Origin: an uncultured Chloroflexia bacterium | Lineage (GTDB): Bacteria; Chloroflexota; Limnocylindria; Limnocylindrales; CSP1-4 | DNA: 64,000 bases | NCBI GenBank assembly: GCA_963711105.1 | Contig: CAVQCV010000003.1 | Location: 39,051 to 103,050 of the forward strand | Direction: 5' to 3' | Shown here: one piece after another, positions 18,958-28,330 of the stretch | Layout of the letters: each line of letters opens with the position of its first letter | Numbering within the stretch: the stretch's first letter is position 1 | The notes under the pieces: model-generated | Told to the model about the DNA's origin: nothing | Database searches by the model: none | Seen by the model: only the letters and a program-made list of their open reading frames with translations | Position numbers and translations under genes: made by a program

Positions 18958-19125
18958 TGCTGCCGATTGTTGAGTACGAGAGTAGTGGAACAGTGCGTTG
19001 GCGCACTCACCTGATGGTCATGTACCGGGCAGAGACGGGGGAGAGAGACCGCGAGTAACGGGCGAGACCGCTCCACGCAACCCGGGCCCGTGCTCGCGCC
19101 TCGCCGAGGTCCGTGCCTCACGCGC

Positions 19126-19689
19126 TTACTGCCCCGCCGGGGCGAGGGGATCGGACTCCCCGGCGTCGCTGTTGGCGGTGATCCACAGGCACTGGGCTCC
19201 GCCGCCCGTGGCCAGGGAGTTGTACAGCCTGGCGCTCGTCGCGTCCGGGTCGGTTTCGAGGATGGGCTGGGCCTGCAGGACCAGGTCCTTGTCGGAACAG
19301 GTTACGTCGCCTTCGCCGGTCCAGTAGGAGTAGATACGGAACCATGTGCCGGGTGTAGTGGAGGTCCAGCTCAGGTCCACTTCCTTGCAGAAGTCACCGG
19401 TCTCCGCGTTGGGGCTCGGGCAGGCCGTCGACCCGTCCTGGGCGACCGCCTTGAAGTCCTTGGGCGGCGATGGCGGGCTCGGCTGGGTCGGCACGTCCGT
19501 CGGCTCGGTCGGCATAGTCTCGTCCGACGACGTCGCCTCATCGGTAGCGGCGGTCGTCGCCGGAGTGGTCCCTGCGGCGGTGACCGTCGGCCCGCCGGCG
19601 GGAGGAGTGGCGGCGACGGAGCAGGCCGCCAGCAGCAGCGGCGCAAAGAGCAACAGCACTTTTGGATTGCGGCCGAGCATCTTCTTCAT
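19126..19689 (-). CDS. Secreted lipoprotein with a Pro/Thr-rich linker and a Cys-containing C-terminal domain
   Basis: MKKMLGRNPKVLLLFAPLLLAAC|SVA lipobox. Linker TPPAGGPTVTAAGTTPATTAATDEATSS. Four Cys in the C-domain. Start at the ATG at 19689, not the long upstream extension. Confidence 0.55.
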   Translation of the reverse strand: MKKMLGRNPKVLLLFAPLLLAACSVAATPPAGGPTVTAAGTTPATTAATDEATSSDETMPTEPTDVPTQPSPPSPPKDFKAVAQDGSTACPSPNAETGDFCKEVDLSWTSTTPGTWFRIYSYWTGEGDVTCSDKDLVLQAQPILETDPDATSARLYNSLATGGGAQCLWITANSDAGESDPLAPAGQ

Positions 19690-20000
19690 CCTCAGAGGGC
19701 GGTGTCGGTGGCGAACCGCTCCATTCTGGCACGGACTCCAGGACTCGATGGGAATGTGGGCCAACGTTAACGGTTTTGGTGTAAGTATTCGCGGCCACAA
19801 TCTTCGCTGACGTCGGTCGGTTAGCCCTCGGGGGCCCGACGACCGTCCCGGGCTTCTGATTCGGTGGGCCTGTGGCCATCCGGCGAAATGAAGCCCGCAC
19901 GGCCGTGCGCGGTACTGTCTCCCGGTCGGGTCTCCGGCGCCGCCGCAGGCAGTTTTCAGCACGTGTCAACACCGGAGGGTCTTGGGGCCCTCCTATGTAG

Positions 20001-20507
20001 GTGAAGGGAGTCTCCGTACTCGTGGGGGCACGAGATAGGGTCGATGCCGAATACAACCAGCTCTTCGCGGATCTCACGACGCTCTGCCGGGCGCTCGGCG
20101 CTGGCGCGAGCGCAGAGGACATCGCCCAGGAATCGATTCTCCATGCCCGCGAACGCCACGAGCAACTCCGAGACCACACCAAACTCCGCTCCTGGCTGCG
20201 GCGTATCGCCGCTCGCCGGACCTTCGAGTACCTCAGGCGCCAGCACCATGCGGACTCGGAGCTGCCCGAGATTGCGTTCGTCCCGACCGACCCGTCCATC
20301 TCCGTCGACGTCTCGGCCGCCGTGGCCCGCCTGCCCGAGCGGGAGAGGGTGGTGGTCCTCCTCGTCTACGGCCTCCAGTACGAGCAGGCTGAGGCCGCGG
20401 CCGTGATGAACGTCACCCGTGGCACGGTCGCCACGCTGCTCCACCGGGCCCGGCGCCACCTGGCCGAGAAGCTTGCTTCGTACGCGCAGGAAAGGGACCT
20501 GCCGTGA
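20001..20507 (+). CDS. ECF-type RNA polymerase sigma factor (sigma-70 family)
   Basis: Region-2-like DIAQESILHARERHEQLRD...LRSWLRRIAARRTFEYLRRQ. Region 4 LPERERVVVLLVYGLQYEQAEAAAVMNVTRGTVATLLHRARRHL. GTG start. The stop overlaps the next gene's start (GTGA). Confidence 0.7.
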   Translation: MKGVSVLVGARDRVDAEYNQLFADLTTLCRALGAGASAEDIAQESILHARERHEQLRDHTKLRSWLRRIAARRTFEYLRRQHHADSELPEIAFVPTDPSISVDVSAAVARLPERERVVVLLVYGLQYEQAEAAAVMNVTRGTVATLLHRARRHLAEKLASYAQERDLP

Positions 20508-22225
20508 GCGGCCATGTCGCCTCCGATCGTCTCGGCGCCGCCGCGGCCCACGGCGACCTGTCCGCTCTCCGCGATTCCGAGCGGGCCCACGTCCTGACTT
20601 GCCAGAGCTGCCGGCAGCTCTACGGCGGCTACCGGCTGACCGATCGGCTGCTGTCGGCGAAGTGGCGGGAGGTTCGCCTGCCGGAGTCCGCGCCGGTGCG
20701 GATCGCGCCGTGGCCGGCCTTTCTCGATCGGTTGAGCGGCCTCAACGCCCGTCGTTTGGCGCCCGGCCTGGCCGCGCTCGCGGTCGTGGCGCTGGTAGCC
20801 GCCGCGCTGGGCTTGCCTCGCCTGGTCACGTTCCCATCATCGAGCACCCACTCGCCGGCGGCCGCCGCGTCGCCGACCGAATCCGGCACGCCCGCCGCCA
20901 CCGATTCACCGGCGAGCGACGCTACCGAGACGCCCGCCGCCACCGGGTCGGCGGCCGCGATCAGGACGGTCGGCGGCGGCAGCGGCTCGTCCGCAGCACC
21001 CGCCACGCCCAGCACGATCGCGCTGTCGCTGGCCCGGGTTGCCGGTTCGCCGATCGGCTGGTCGCCCGACGGAACGCACCTTCTGGTTTCGATCAATGGG
21101 GGACGCACGGTCCAGATCCGCACCGCCGCAGGCCGTTTGACCGGATTGCTTACGGCGGACTCGGCGGCGTGGGTCAGCTCCAGTACGATCGTCTTCGCCA
21201 CTCGTGCGGACATTGGCCCACCCCCGACGGCGGTCGCAAGCCCATCCGCAACCCTCGCGTCGCCGTCGCCCTTGCCGACCGCGACGGCGTCGCGGTCGCA
21301 GGCCCATCCGTCCGGCGTTCACTGGGGCGGAGCCGAACCGAAGGTCGTTGCCTTGCCGGCGGCCTCACCCGGAAGTGGCGGCGGCGAAGTCGTCACGGCC
21401 GCCGGCTTAGGCCCGCGGTCCGAGGACATCCGCTTGGCCGATGTCAGCGGCAACGTTCTGACGGAGCTGCCGGACTCGTATAGCCAGTGGAGCGGCGTGG
21501 CCGGCGGCATCCTCCTGGGCAGTGGCGCCGGGTCGTTCACGGTCGCGGCCCAGAGGCCGGGCTCGGGCTGGCGTTTCGAGTTGTGGGTCGGCTCGGGTCG
21601 ATCCGCGTCGCGGGCAGGCTCTGGCGACGGCGTTCCGATCGCATTCTCTCGGGATGGTTCCAGGCTCGCCGTCCTGCACCCGGGAGTCGTCAATTCGGGC
21701 GCGACGTCCGGCTGGCTCGAGATCGTGTCGGTGCCCAAGCTCGAGGCGATCGCCTCGTTCCGCAGGTTGTCCATCCGCGCCGGCGCAGGCAGCCATGGAT
21801 CGGCCTTCGGATTTGACGCGGAATTCAGCCCGGACGGCCGCTCGCTGCTCGTCTCCGGAGTCCTGGTCAATCTGGCCGGCGGGTCGTCCGTTTCCACTGG
21901 CAACGGCGGCTGGCTCGCCGACGGCAAGCTGGCCACGGCGTCCAAGGCGGGCCTGCTCCGCTGGAGCGGCTCGAGTTCGACCCTCGACCCGCAGTTCGCG
22001 GGACCGGGACGGGCGTTCGTCTCGCGCCACGGCGAACTGATCTACATCTTCGACAGCGGCCGCGTACCGCTGCTGCTCGACACCAACGGGCAGCCGGCGT
22101 TGCTTTCGGCCGGCGGCGTGCGCTCATTTGCGCACCTGCTCATTTCACCCACCGGGCGAGCCATCGCCCTCGACGGCCGGGCCACGGACGGCTTGTCGAT
22201 TGCAGCCGTGGCGGCGCTGCCCTAG
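20504..22225 (+). CDS. Membrane anti-sigma factor (ZAS-type HxxxCxxC) with an extracytoplasmic beta-propeller/TolB-like sensor domain
   Basis: ERAHVLTCQSCRQ zinc-anti-sigma motif. TM helix LAPGLAALAVVALVAAALGL. The periplasmic part has WSPDGTHLL, FSRDGSRLAVL, FSPDGRSLLV repeats. Translationally coupled to the sigma gene. Confidence 0.6.
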   Translation: MSGHVASDRLGAAAAHGDLSALRDSERAHVLTCQSCRQLYGGYRLTDRLLSAKWREVRLPESAPVRIAPWPAFLDRLSGLNARRLAPGLAALAVVALVAAALGLPRLVTFPSSSTHSPAAAASPTESGTPAATDSPASDATETPAATGSAAAIRTVGGGSGSSAAPATPSTIALSLARVAGSPIGWSPDGTHLLVSINGGRTVQIRTAAGRLTGLLTADSAAWVSSSTIVFATRADIGPPPTAVASPSATLASPSPLPTATASRSQAHPSGVHWGGAEPKVVALPAASPGSGGGEVVTAAGLGPRSEDIRLADVSGNVLTELPDSYSQWSGVAGGILLGSGAGSFTVAAQRPGSGWRFELWVGSGRSASRAGSGDGVPIAFSRDGSRLAVLHPGVVNSGATSGWLEIVSVPKLEAIASFRRLSIRAGAGSHGSAFGFDAEFSPDGRSLLVSGVLVNLAGGSSVSTGNGGWLADGKLATASKAGLLRWSGSSSTLDPQFAGPGRAFVSRHGELIYIFDSGRVPLLLDTNGQPALLSAGGVRSFAHLLISPTGRAIALDGRATDGLSIAAVAALP

Positions 22226-22310
22226 AGCGCACCAGGCCACCCGCAGCAAGCGGGCAGAAAACCAGCTCACCAGGCCATCCACCACTCGAGTACCACCAGC
22301 GGAGGAAGAA

Positions 22311-23270
22311 ATGACGAACCGAAACCGAGGCCGCTACGCCTTTGCCGCGTTGCTGGCCGCAGGCCTGCTCGTCCTTTCGGGCGCCACAGTCCTGGCGCAT
22401 GCCGGCCCCGGCCGGCCCGACGGTTCTTTCAAGCCCGTCCTCGACCCGAGCAGCCGACCGTCTTTCAGCCATAAGCCTTTGCCGTCGCGTTCGCCCAAGG
22501 CCACCCGGCCCGAGGTCGACTGCTCGGCCCTGGCCAGTGCCCAGCCGCCCGCGAACACGTCCGGCGTGAAGGGAGCGGGCGGCCTCCGCACCGTGACCTG
22601 GGGCTGGCGGATGGGCGACGGTTGGCTCGCCGACCTCGACAACGGCAAGCTCAAGGACTGCAAGCCGGCCACGCTCGTCAAGGGCGTCGACAGCCGGGTC
22701 GCGGCCCTGATCGCGACGCTCGGAGACACGAAGACCTACGCCTCCAAGATCGCCGGTCTCGACTCGGGCCAGAAGGCAGCGCTGGCCAATGAGATCGACT
22801 CGGCCGTCGCCGAGTTGCAGGCCCTCGAGACCCAGATCGGCGGCGAACCAAACGGGACGCCCACCGCGGACGAACTCAAGGCCCTCAAGGCGGATCAAGT
22901 CATGGTCCGGGCGATCGTGCTCCAGGTCCGGGTGTTGAGCATGGACGAAGGTCTGATCGCGAAGATCCCGGCCCTTCAGACGAAGGCGGCCGACCTGGCC
23001 GGTCAGATCGGGGCGGCTCCTTCCGGTGTCGACACCGCCAAGGCGCAGCAGTTCCTTGACGACATGAACGCTCGACTCACGGACGCCCAGAACCTCGTCG
23101 GCCCGCTGCCGGCGAAGCTCCTCGGCCTGACCCTCACCCAGCTCAAGGCCGGTAAGGCGGATCCGGTTCTGGCCGCGTCCGTCAAGCAGTCGTGGCAGGC
23201 GAGCTTCGACGTTTGGAAGGCCGGCACCGACGCGCGAATCATCGCCGTCCTCCTGGTCGGCCACCCCTAG
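22311..23270 (+). CDS. Secreted hypothetical protein (signal peptide, mainly helical)
   Basis: RBS GGAGGAAG then ATG at 22311. Signal peptide MTNRNRGRYAFAALLAAGLLVLSGATVLAHA. No recognisable domain. Confidence 0.5.
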   Translation: MTNRNRGRYAFAALLAAGLLVLSGATVLAHAGPGRPDGSFKPVLDPSSRPSFSHKPLPSRSPKATRPEVDCSALASAQPPANTSGVKGAGGLRTVTWGWRMGDGWLADLDNGKLKDCKPATLVKGVDSRVAALIATLGDTKTYASKIAGLDSGQKAALANEIDSAVAELQALETQIGGEPNGTPTADELKALKADQVMVRAIVLQVRVLSMDEGLIAKIPALQTKAADLAGQIGAAPSGVDTAKAQQFLDDMNARLTDAQNLVGPLPAKLLGLTLTQLKAGKADPVLAASVKQSWQASFDVWKAGTDARIIAVLLVGHP

Positions 23271-23283
23271 TCGCGAATTCCCG

Positions 23284-23369
23284 CTCGGCCGTCTACCCCC
23301 GGCCGAGCTCACCCAGCCGGGTTCGTCCCGGCCCTTCACGCCGCCGCCCCTGCCCCCCGGGGCGGCGGC
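23284..23369. terminator. Two GC-rich hairpins between convergent genes (bidirectional terminator candidate)
   Basis: Hairpin 1: ctcggccg / cggccgag (23284-23307). Hairpin 2: gccgccgcccc / ggggcggcggc (23340-23369), followed by ttctc. Confidence 0.45.
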
Positions 23370-23372
23370 TTC

Positions 23373-23792
23373 TCATTCGACGAAGGCGTCGAGCGCGGCC
23401 CGATCCGCGTCGGAGAGATGGCCGCTGCGCGACTTCAACTCCAGCGCCGGCGCGGCCGTCTTGCCCGCGAGCGCGGCCCGCATCCTCGGGAACTGGCTGC
23501 CAGTGGCGAGCTTGAAAGTCGTGAACAGGGCCACCTTCGGGCGGGTCGCCGGCGGCATGTCGCGGACGAAAGCCAGCCACGGTTCGTCGGGGTGCTGGCG
23601 TATGACGAACAGTCCGCTCGTCCAGCAACCCAGCAAGAGGTAGTCGGCCCCGCTCAGGGTGGCGAAGTCCGCGTCGCCGACCGACGCGACGCCGGCGTCC
23701 AGCCCGCGCTCTCGCAGGTGGGCGGCTATCTCCTCGCCGTAGCGGCGAGTGACACCTGTGCGGCTTCGATAGACGACCACGGCGCGGGGCAT
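23373..23792 (-). CDS. Flavodoxin-like fold protein
   Basis: Start at the ATG at 23792, preceded by GGAGGAAG. MPRAVVVYRSRTGVTRRYGEEIAAHL resembles a flavodoxin phosphate-binding loop. Confidence 0.6.
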   Translation of the reverse strand: MPRAVVVYRSRTGVTRRYGEEIAAHLRERGLDAGVASVGDADFATLSGADYLLLGCWTSGLFVIRQHPDEPWLAFVRDMPPATRPKVALFTTFKLATGSQFPRMRAALAGKTAAPALELKSRSGHLSDADRAALDAFVE

Positions 23793-24012
23793 GCCGCTTC
23801 CTCCTCGATTGACGGGCGCGGATGAAACGCGTCGATGATCGGTCCGGGCCCGGCGCCGTGCAATCACCCGCTGGTCCGATGCCGGATCACCCGCGGGGAT
23901 GACGGCGCCGAAACGGGCTCGGCCCAGGATTGAGACATACAGCCCTTCCTGCCCGGACCGCCCCGGTCAAGACTGAAGGCGACCCGAACGAGACGCTACG
24001 AGGAGCACGCCC

Positions 24013-24480
24013 ATGACCACGCTCAAGCAGGTTGAGGACTTCCTGGCACTCAAGAGGATCGCCGTCGTGGGGGTTTCGCGGGACCCTAAGCACTTCAACC
24101 GGACGATGTGGGAGGAGTTCAGGCAGCGCCGCTACGACGCCGTACCGGTCAACCGCAACGCCACCGAGATCGACGGCCAGCCCTGCTACCCGAGCGTCAA
24201 GGACATCAAACCACCGGTCGAGGGCGCCCTCATCATGACCGACCGCGCCGACGCGGAACAGATCGTGCGCGAGTGCGCGGAGGCTGGCATCAAGCACGTC
24301 TGGCTGTACGGCGGTATGGCCCCGGGCGCTTCCTCCAAGGCCACGAAGGCGTTGTGCGACGAGAACGGGCTGGATCATGTCGACGGCCTCTGCCCGTACA
24401 TGTTCCTGGCCGGGGCGCCCGCCTTCCACGCGCCGCACCGGATGTGGAAGAAGCTCACGGGGTCCTATCCGAAGAATTAG
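24013..24480 (+). CDS. CoA-binding domain protein (YccU/CoA_binding_2-like)
   Basis: IAVVGVSRDPKHFNRTMWEEF...GIKHVWLYGGM layout typical of small CoA-binding Rossmann proteins. Confidence 0.7.
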   Translation: MTTLKQVEDFLALKRIAVVGVSRDPKHFNRTMWEEFRQRRYDAVPVNRNATEIDGQPCYPSVKDIKPPVEGALIMTDRADAEQIVRECAEAGIKHVWLYGGMAPGASSKATKALCDENGLDHVDGLCPYMFLAGAPAFHAPHRMWKKLTGSYPKN

Positions 24481-24493
24481 AGCTGCGTCGCTG

Positions 24494-24925
24494 GGGCTGC
24501 GTCGCGGGCGGCCGATAGCTTCGTTGGGCGTGCGCTCCTCGGCTCACAGGCCTCAAAGCCTGCTCGCCTCCGGTGCTCCGCCCGCCTCGCTCTCGGCTCG
24601 CCGGCTCCGCGAACGTAGTAGCGAGCGATAGGGCTGCGTCGCGGGCGGCCGATAGCTTCGTTGGGCGTGCGCTCCTCGGCTCACGCACCTTCAAGTGCGC
24701 TCGCCTCCGGTGCTCCGCCCGCCTCGCTCTCGGCTCGCCGGCTCCGCGAACGTAGTAGCGAGCGATAGGGCTGCGTCGCGGGCGGCCGATGGCTTCGTTG
24801 TCGCCGCGTCAGGCGAAGCCTGACGTGCGGTCCTCGCTCACAGGCGTCAAAGCCCGCTCGCTCCGGTCCTCACCTCCGACTCGGCCTCGACCCGCCGGCT
24901 CCGCGAATGCAATGGCGGGCGGCAG
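24494..24925. repeat. 137-bp intergenic element in three tandem copies (the third has a 20-bp hairpin insertion)
   Basis: Copies begin at 24494, 24631 and 24768. Each starts gggctgcgtcgcgggcggccgat(a/g)gcttcgttg and ends ccggctccgcgaa(c/t)g...agcg. The internal hairpin is caggc-ctcaaa-gcctg in copy 1, cgcac-cttcaa-gtgcg in copy 2, and caggc-gtcaaa-gcccg in copy 3. Copy 3 also carries a perfect 10-bp hairpin cgcgtcaggc-gaa-gcctgacgtgcg. A further copy lies at 59768. Confidence 0.75.
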
Positions 24926-24952
24926 GGATTGAGCGGCTGGTAACCTGACCGG

Positions 24953-25825
24953 GTGAGCGATTCGGTCGACATCCTCGAAGGTTCGGCCGGCCGAATCCTG
25001 CTCGGGGACAACCTGGCCGTCCTGGCCTCGCTGCCGGCCGACTGCGTCGATCTGATCTACGTCGATCCGCCCTTCAACACGGGCCGGCGTCAGACGCTGC
25101 GCCGGCTACGCACGGTTCACGACGAAGAGGCAGGCGATCGAACAGGGTTCGGCGGTCGGCGCTATCGGACGATCCAGCTCGGGTCGCAGAGCTACCTCGA
25201 CGTCCACGACGATTACCTCGACTTCCTGGAGCCGCGCATCGTCGAGATGCGGCGGGTGCTCCGGCCGACCGGTTCGTTCTACCTGCACCTGGACCCGCGC
25301 GAGGTCCATTACGCCCGGGTGCTGTGCGACGCGATATTCGGCCGGGACTGCTTCCTCAACGAGGTGATCTGGGCCTACGATTACGGCGCCCGAACGAAAC
25401 GGCGCTGGCCGGCCAAGCACGACAACATCCTGGTGTACGTGAAGGACCCGGAGCGCTATTTCTTCGACGCGGACGCGGTCGAGCGGATCCCCTACATGGC
25501 GCCCGGGCTGGTCGGCGCGGAGAAGGCGGCCCGGGGCAAGCTGCCGACCGATACGTGGTGGCAGACGATCGTGCCTCCCGGCGGCAAGGAGCGGACCGGC
25601 TATCCCACCCAGAAGCCCGTGGCCGTACTGCGTCGCGTCGTGGCGGCGTCGTGCCCGGCGGGCGGCGTCGTCGCGGACTTCTTTGCGGGCAGCGGCACCG
25701 CCGGCGCGGCGGCGCTGGAACTGGGACGGCGCTTCCTGCTCGTGGACTCGAACCCGGACGCGATCGCGGTGATGCGCCGGCGTTTGGGTGGCGCGGCGGG
25801 GGTCGAAGTCGTGGACCGAGGCTAG
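24953..25825 (+). CDS. Beta-class amino DNA methyltransferase (N6-adenine or N4-cytosine), apparently orphan
   Basis: Motif IV DPPF (LIYVDPPFNTG) lies near the N-terminus and motif I FxGxG (DFFAGSGTAGAAA) near the C-terminus. This is the beta-class permutation seen in CcrM, M.PvuII and M.RsrI. No restriction endonuclease gene is adjacent. GTG start. Confidence 0.8.
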   Translation: MSDSVDILEGSAGRILLGDNLAVLASLPADCVDLIYVDPPFNTGRRQTLRRLRTVHDEEAGDRTGFGGRRYRTIQLGSQSYLDVHDDYLDFLEPRIVEMRRVLRPTGSFYLHLDPREVHYARVLCDAIFGRDCFLNEVIWAYDYGARTKRRWPAKHDNILVYVKDPERYFFDADAVERIPYMAPGLVGAEKAARGKLPTDTWWQTIVPPGGKERTGYPTQKPVAVLRRVVAASCPAGGVVADFFAGSGTAGAAALELGRRFLLVDSNPDAIAVMRRRLGGAAGVEVVDRG

Positions 25826-25917
25826 GCCCGGGCCGTTTGCGCTCGGCCCCGGAATCGAGAGGCCCGGATCGAGAGGCCCGGATCGAGTTGCCTCGACCCG
25901 GGCCGTGATTCAGCCGA

Positions 25918-27705
25918 TCAAGACTGCGCAGGCCCGTCCGTCTTGGCGGCCGGCTCGGATTCGGCTGCGGTTGCGTCCGGCGCGGGCGCACCGCTCGGCG
26001 GCTGAGGCCAACCCTGCGGCGGCTGCACGGCCGGCGGCGGCTGCACGGCCGGCGGCCAGTTGCCCGGCTGTCCGGGCTGCCCGGGCATCGGAGGCCACGG
26101 CTGGCCAGGGTAGCCGGGGTAGCCGGGGTAGCCGGGGTAGGGCATTCCGGGCCAGGTCGGCGGCACCGGAGGAGTGGCATCGCCGCGCAGCGTCCAGAGG
26201 TGAGTGGCCACCAGGCCGCCGGCCACCAGGACGAATGCGAGCGGTGCCGCGATGTCCGCGCCGAAGTCCGCGATCTGCAGGCCGAAGATGCGCCGCAGGA
26301 TGGGCAGGAGCAGCATCGCCGCCGCGACGGCCAGGATCACCATCGCGCCCCCGGACACCAGGTAGAAGTACCAGCCCCGGGACGATGAGCTCGTCTCGTC
26401 GGCCCACGAGGTGTGGCGCCGCGAGCGAGCCGGGATCCAGGCCCAGATCCATAGCCCCAGCCCGACCAGGGCTACGGCGATGCCGCTCACGACTGTGACC
26501 TTCCACATGGACCCCATCAAGCCCGACTGGGGCCCGTAGTCGTAGTTGGACGACTTGGACAGAACCTGGCCCAGGATGGTGGCCAGCGCTTCGACAAGGC
26601 CGAGCGCCAGAGCGCCGACGCCGACGAGAGCTGCGATGTAGCCGGAGACACGCCACGGGGAGACGCCGGCCGGCCCGACCGGGGCTTCGGAGAAGGCGCG
26701 ACGGCGCGCCCACCAGAGGGCCACGAGCCATGGGGCGGCAGTCAGGACCGGAGCGAGCACCTCGTACCAGACGGAGAACGTGTCTCCGGTGCGCAGGTCG
26801 AAGGCCCATAGGAGCAAGGTGCTCAGTGAGGTGGAGAACTGGGTCGCCAGCGTCAACGCCGCGTCCAGGACGATCAGCATGAAGAATGCCGCGCGGACGC
26901 GAGATGCGCGCTCGTTCTGGGCCTGTTCGCCGTCGCCGGACCTGAGGCGGTTGGAATAGATCCAGTACCCCAGCAGAATCGGGACCCAGATCGCCATGGC
27001 CGCCAGGGTCGCCAGCAGCTCACCGAGGTACTGAGACCCGCCGATCGAGGTTGTCAGGCCGATGAGGACGTAGTTGCCGTACGCGCCCACGGAGCCGGCG
27101 ATCTGCTCGACGGCGTACCAGGCGGTGAGGTACAGAGCGATGCGGGACACCCAGGCGGCCGCGCCGCGGATCGCCGGGCCGCGGCGGACATCCCGGTCTC
27201 GGGCCCAGGCGTGGAGGGCCCAGGCGAGTGCGAGTGGGAGGATGACGGCCAGCGCGGTGGCGTCGTCGAGGGAGGCGAACGGGTTGATCGAGAAGATCAA
27301 GCCGAAATCACCCGTCGCCGGCTCGGTCAGGCCGCGGACCACTCTGGCCAGGTTCGCGGCGGCGAGAAGGCCGGCTGCGACGATGCTGAAGTAGAGCCAC
27401 AGGGCGAGATAGACGGACCGGATGACCGAGCGCCGCTCCGCAACGGCTGGATCGGATTCGCCGCGGACCATCCGCTCGACGAACAGCCAGTGCGTTGCCC
27501 AGAGCGCCAGTCCGACGACGCCGATGGCCATCGCCATGGCCAGCGTCTCTTTGTCGGCGGTCGAAACGGACGCGGATGGGAACGGGTGCGGCCCGACTCC
27601 GAGCTTGACCAGCAGCAGGCGGAGCATGTCCCCGCCGCCGAAGAGCAGCATGGCCAGGCCGACGGCCGAAACCAGGTAAAGGTACAGGCGCTTTGCTGTC
27701 GCCAT
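25918..27705 (-). CDS. Polytopic membrane protein, paralog A (12 TM built from four 3-TM modules, Pro/Gly/Tyr-rich C-terminal tail)
   Basis: MATAKRLYLYLVSA... Recurring R-x-x-Y-L-Y / HW..VERMVRG / ERRSVIRSVYLALWLY / ERASRVRAAFFMLIV / SSSRGWYFYLVSG modules. Tail PGMPYPGYPGYPGYPGQPWPPMPGQPGQPGNWPP. Confidence 0.65.
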   Translation of the reverse strand: MATAKRLYLYLVSAVGLAMLLFGGGDMLRLLLVKLGVGPHPFPSASVSTADKETLAMAMAIGVVGLALWATHWLFVERMVRGESDPAVAERRSVIRSVYLALWLYFSIVAAGLLAAANLARVVRGLTEPATGDFGLIFSINPFASLDDATALAVILPLALAWALHAWARDRDVRRGPAIRGAAAWVSRIALYLTAWYAVEQIAGSVGAYGNYVLIGLTTSIGGSQYLGELLATLAAMAIWVPILLGYWIYSNRLRSGDGEQAQNERASRVRAAFFMLIVLDAALTLATQFSTSLSTLLLWAFDLRTGDTFSVWYEVLAPVLTAAPWLVALWWARRRAFSEAPVGPAGVSPWRVSGYIAALVGVGALALGLVEALATILGQVLSKSSNYDYGPQSGLMGSMWKVTVVSGIAVALVGLGLWIWAWIPARSRRHTSWADETSSSSRGWYFYLVSGGAMVILAVAAAMLLLPILRRIFGLQIADFGADIAAPLAFVLVAGGLVATHLWTLRGDATPPVPPTWPGMPYPGYPGYPGYPGQPWPPMPGQPGQPGNWPPAVQPPPAVQPPQGWPQPPSGAPAPDATAAESEPAAKTDGPAQS

Positions 27706-27736
27706 TTCGTCGTTCCCCTTCAGGCGGATGCCCCTG

Positions 27737-28330
27737 CTAGTAGTCCAAGACTATGCTGTCGATCTTCCACCGGCCGCCCTCGTTGATCAGCATGGCATGG
27801 CCTTTGAGGGACACGTCGACGCCGTACGAGGAGAGCTGCTCGGAGAAGGAGACCGATGCCCGGTCGCCGTTGGGCATCGTGTCGGTTACCTGCAGTACCG
27901 GCTCTGCGTAGTCGCTGCCCAGATCGATGCCAAGCCCCAGGCCCGCGCCGAGATGGGTCGAGGATTCGCCCATGCTGAGCAGCCTCGCGGACAGGTAGGA
28001 ATCCGCGGTGGCGGTGTCGTGGCTTTGCAGCGCCCGGGCCCAGTCCAGCAGAGTCTGAGCGGGCGATCCATCCGCCGGCGTAGATGCGTTCGCGCCGCCG
28101 AAGAACACGAGCGATGTGGTGAGAACGGTCAAGATGACGAAGCCGATGACGATGGCGGCGACGGGCGAAGCCGCAGGCCGTCCGAATCCGGCGAGCCGCC
28201 GGGGGCCGGACTGGGGCCTGGGTGGAATAGCCGCGTTCTCGGGAGCGGCCGGAATCTCCGGCGCGGCCAGCTCGGAAGTCGAGGTATCGCCTGGATTGGC
28301 CGGATCGCTGTGCTTGCTTCTCCCGAACAT
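27737..28330 (-). CDS. Single-TM membrane-anchored protein with an extracytoplasmic domain
   Basis: Pro-rich N-terminus, then TM AAIVIGFVILTVLTTSLVFF. C-domain ...GHAMLINEGGRWKIDSIVLDY. Sits between the two paralogs on the same strand. Confidence 0.5.
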   Translation of the reverse strand: MFGRSKHSDPANPGDTSTSELAAPEIPAAPENAAIPPRPQSGPRRLAGFGRPAASPVAAIVIGFVILTVLTTSLVFFGGANASTPADGSPAQTLLDWARALQSHDTATADSYLSARLLSMGESSTHLGAGLGLGIDLGSDYAEPVLQVTDTMPNGDRASVSFSEQLSSYGVDVSLKGHAMLINEGGRWKIDSIVLDY

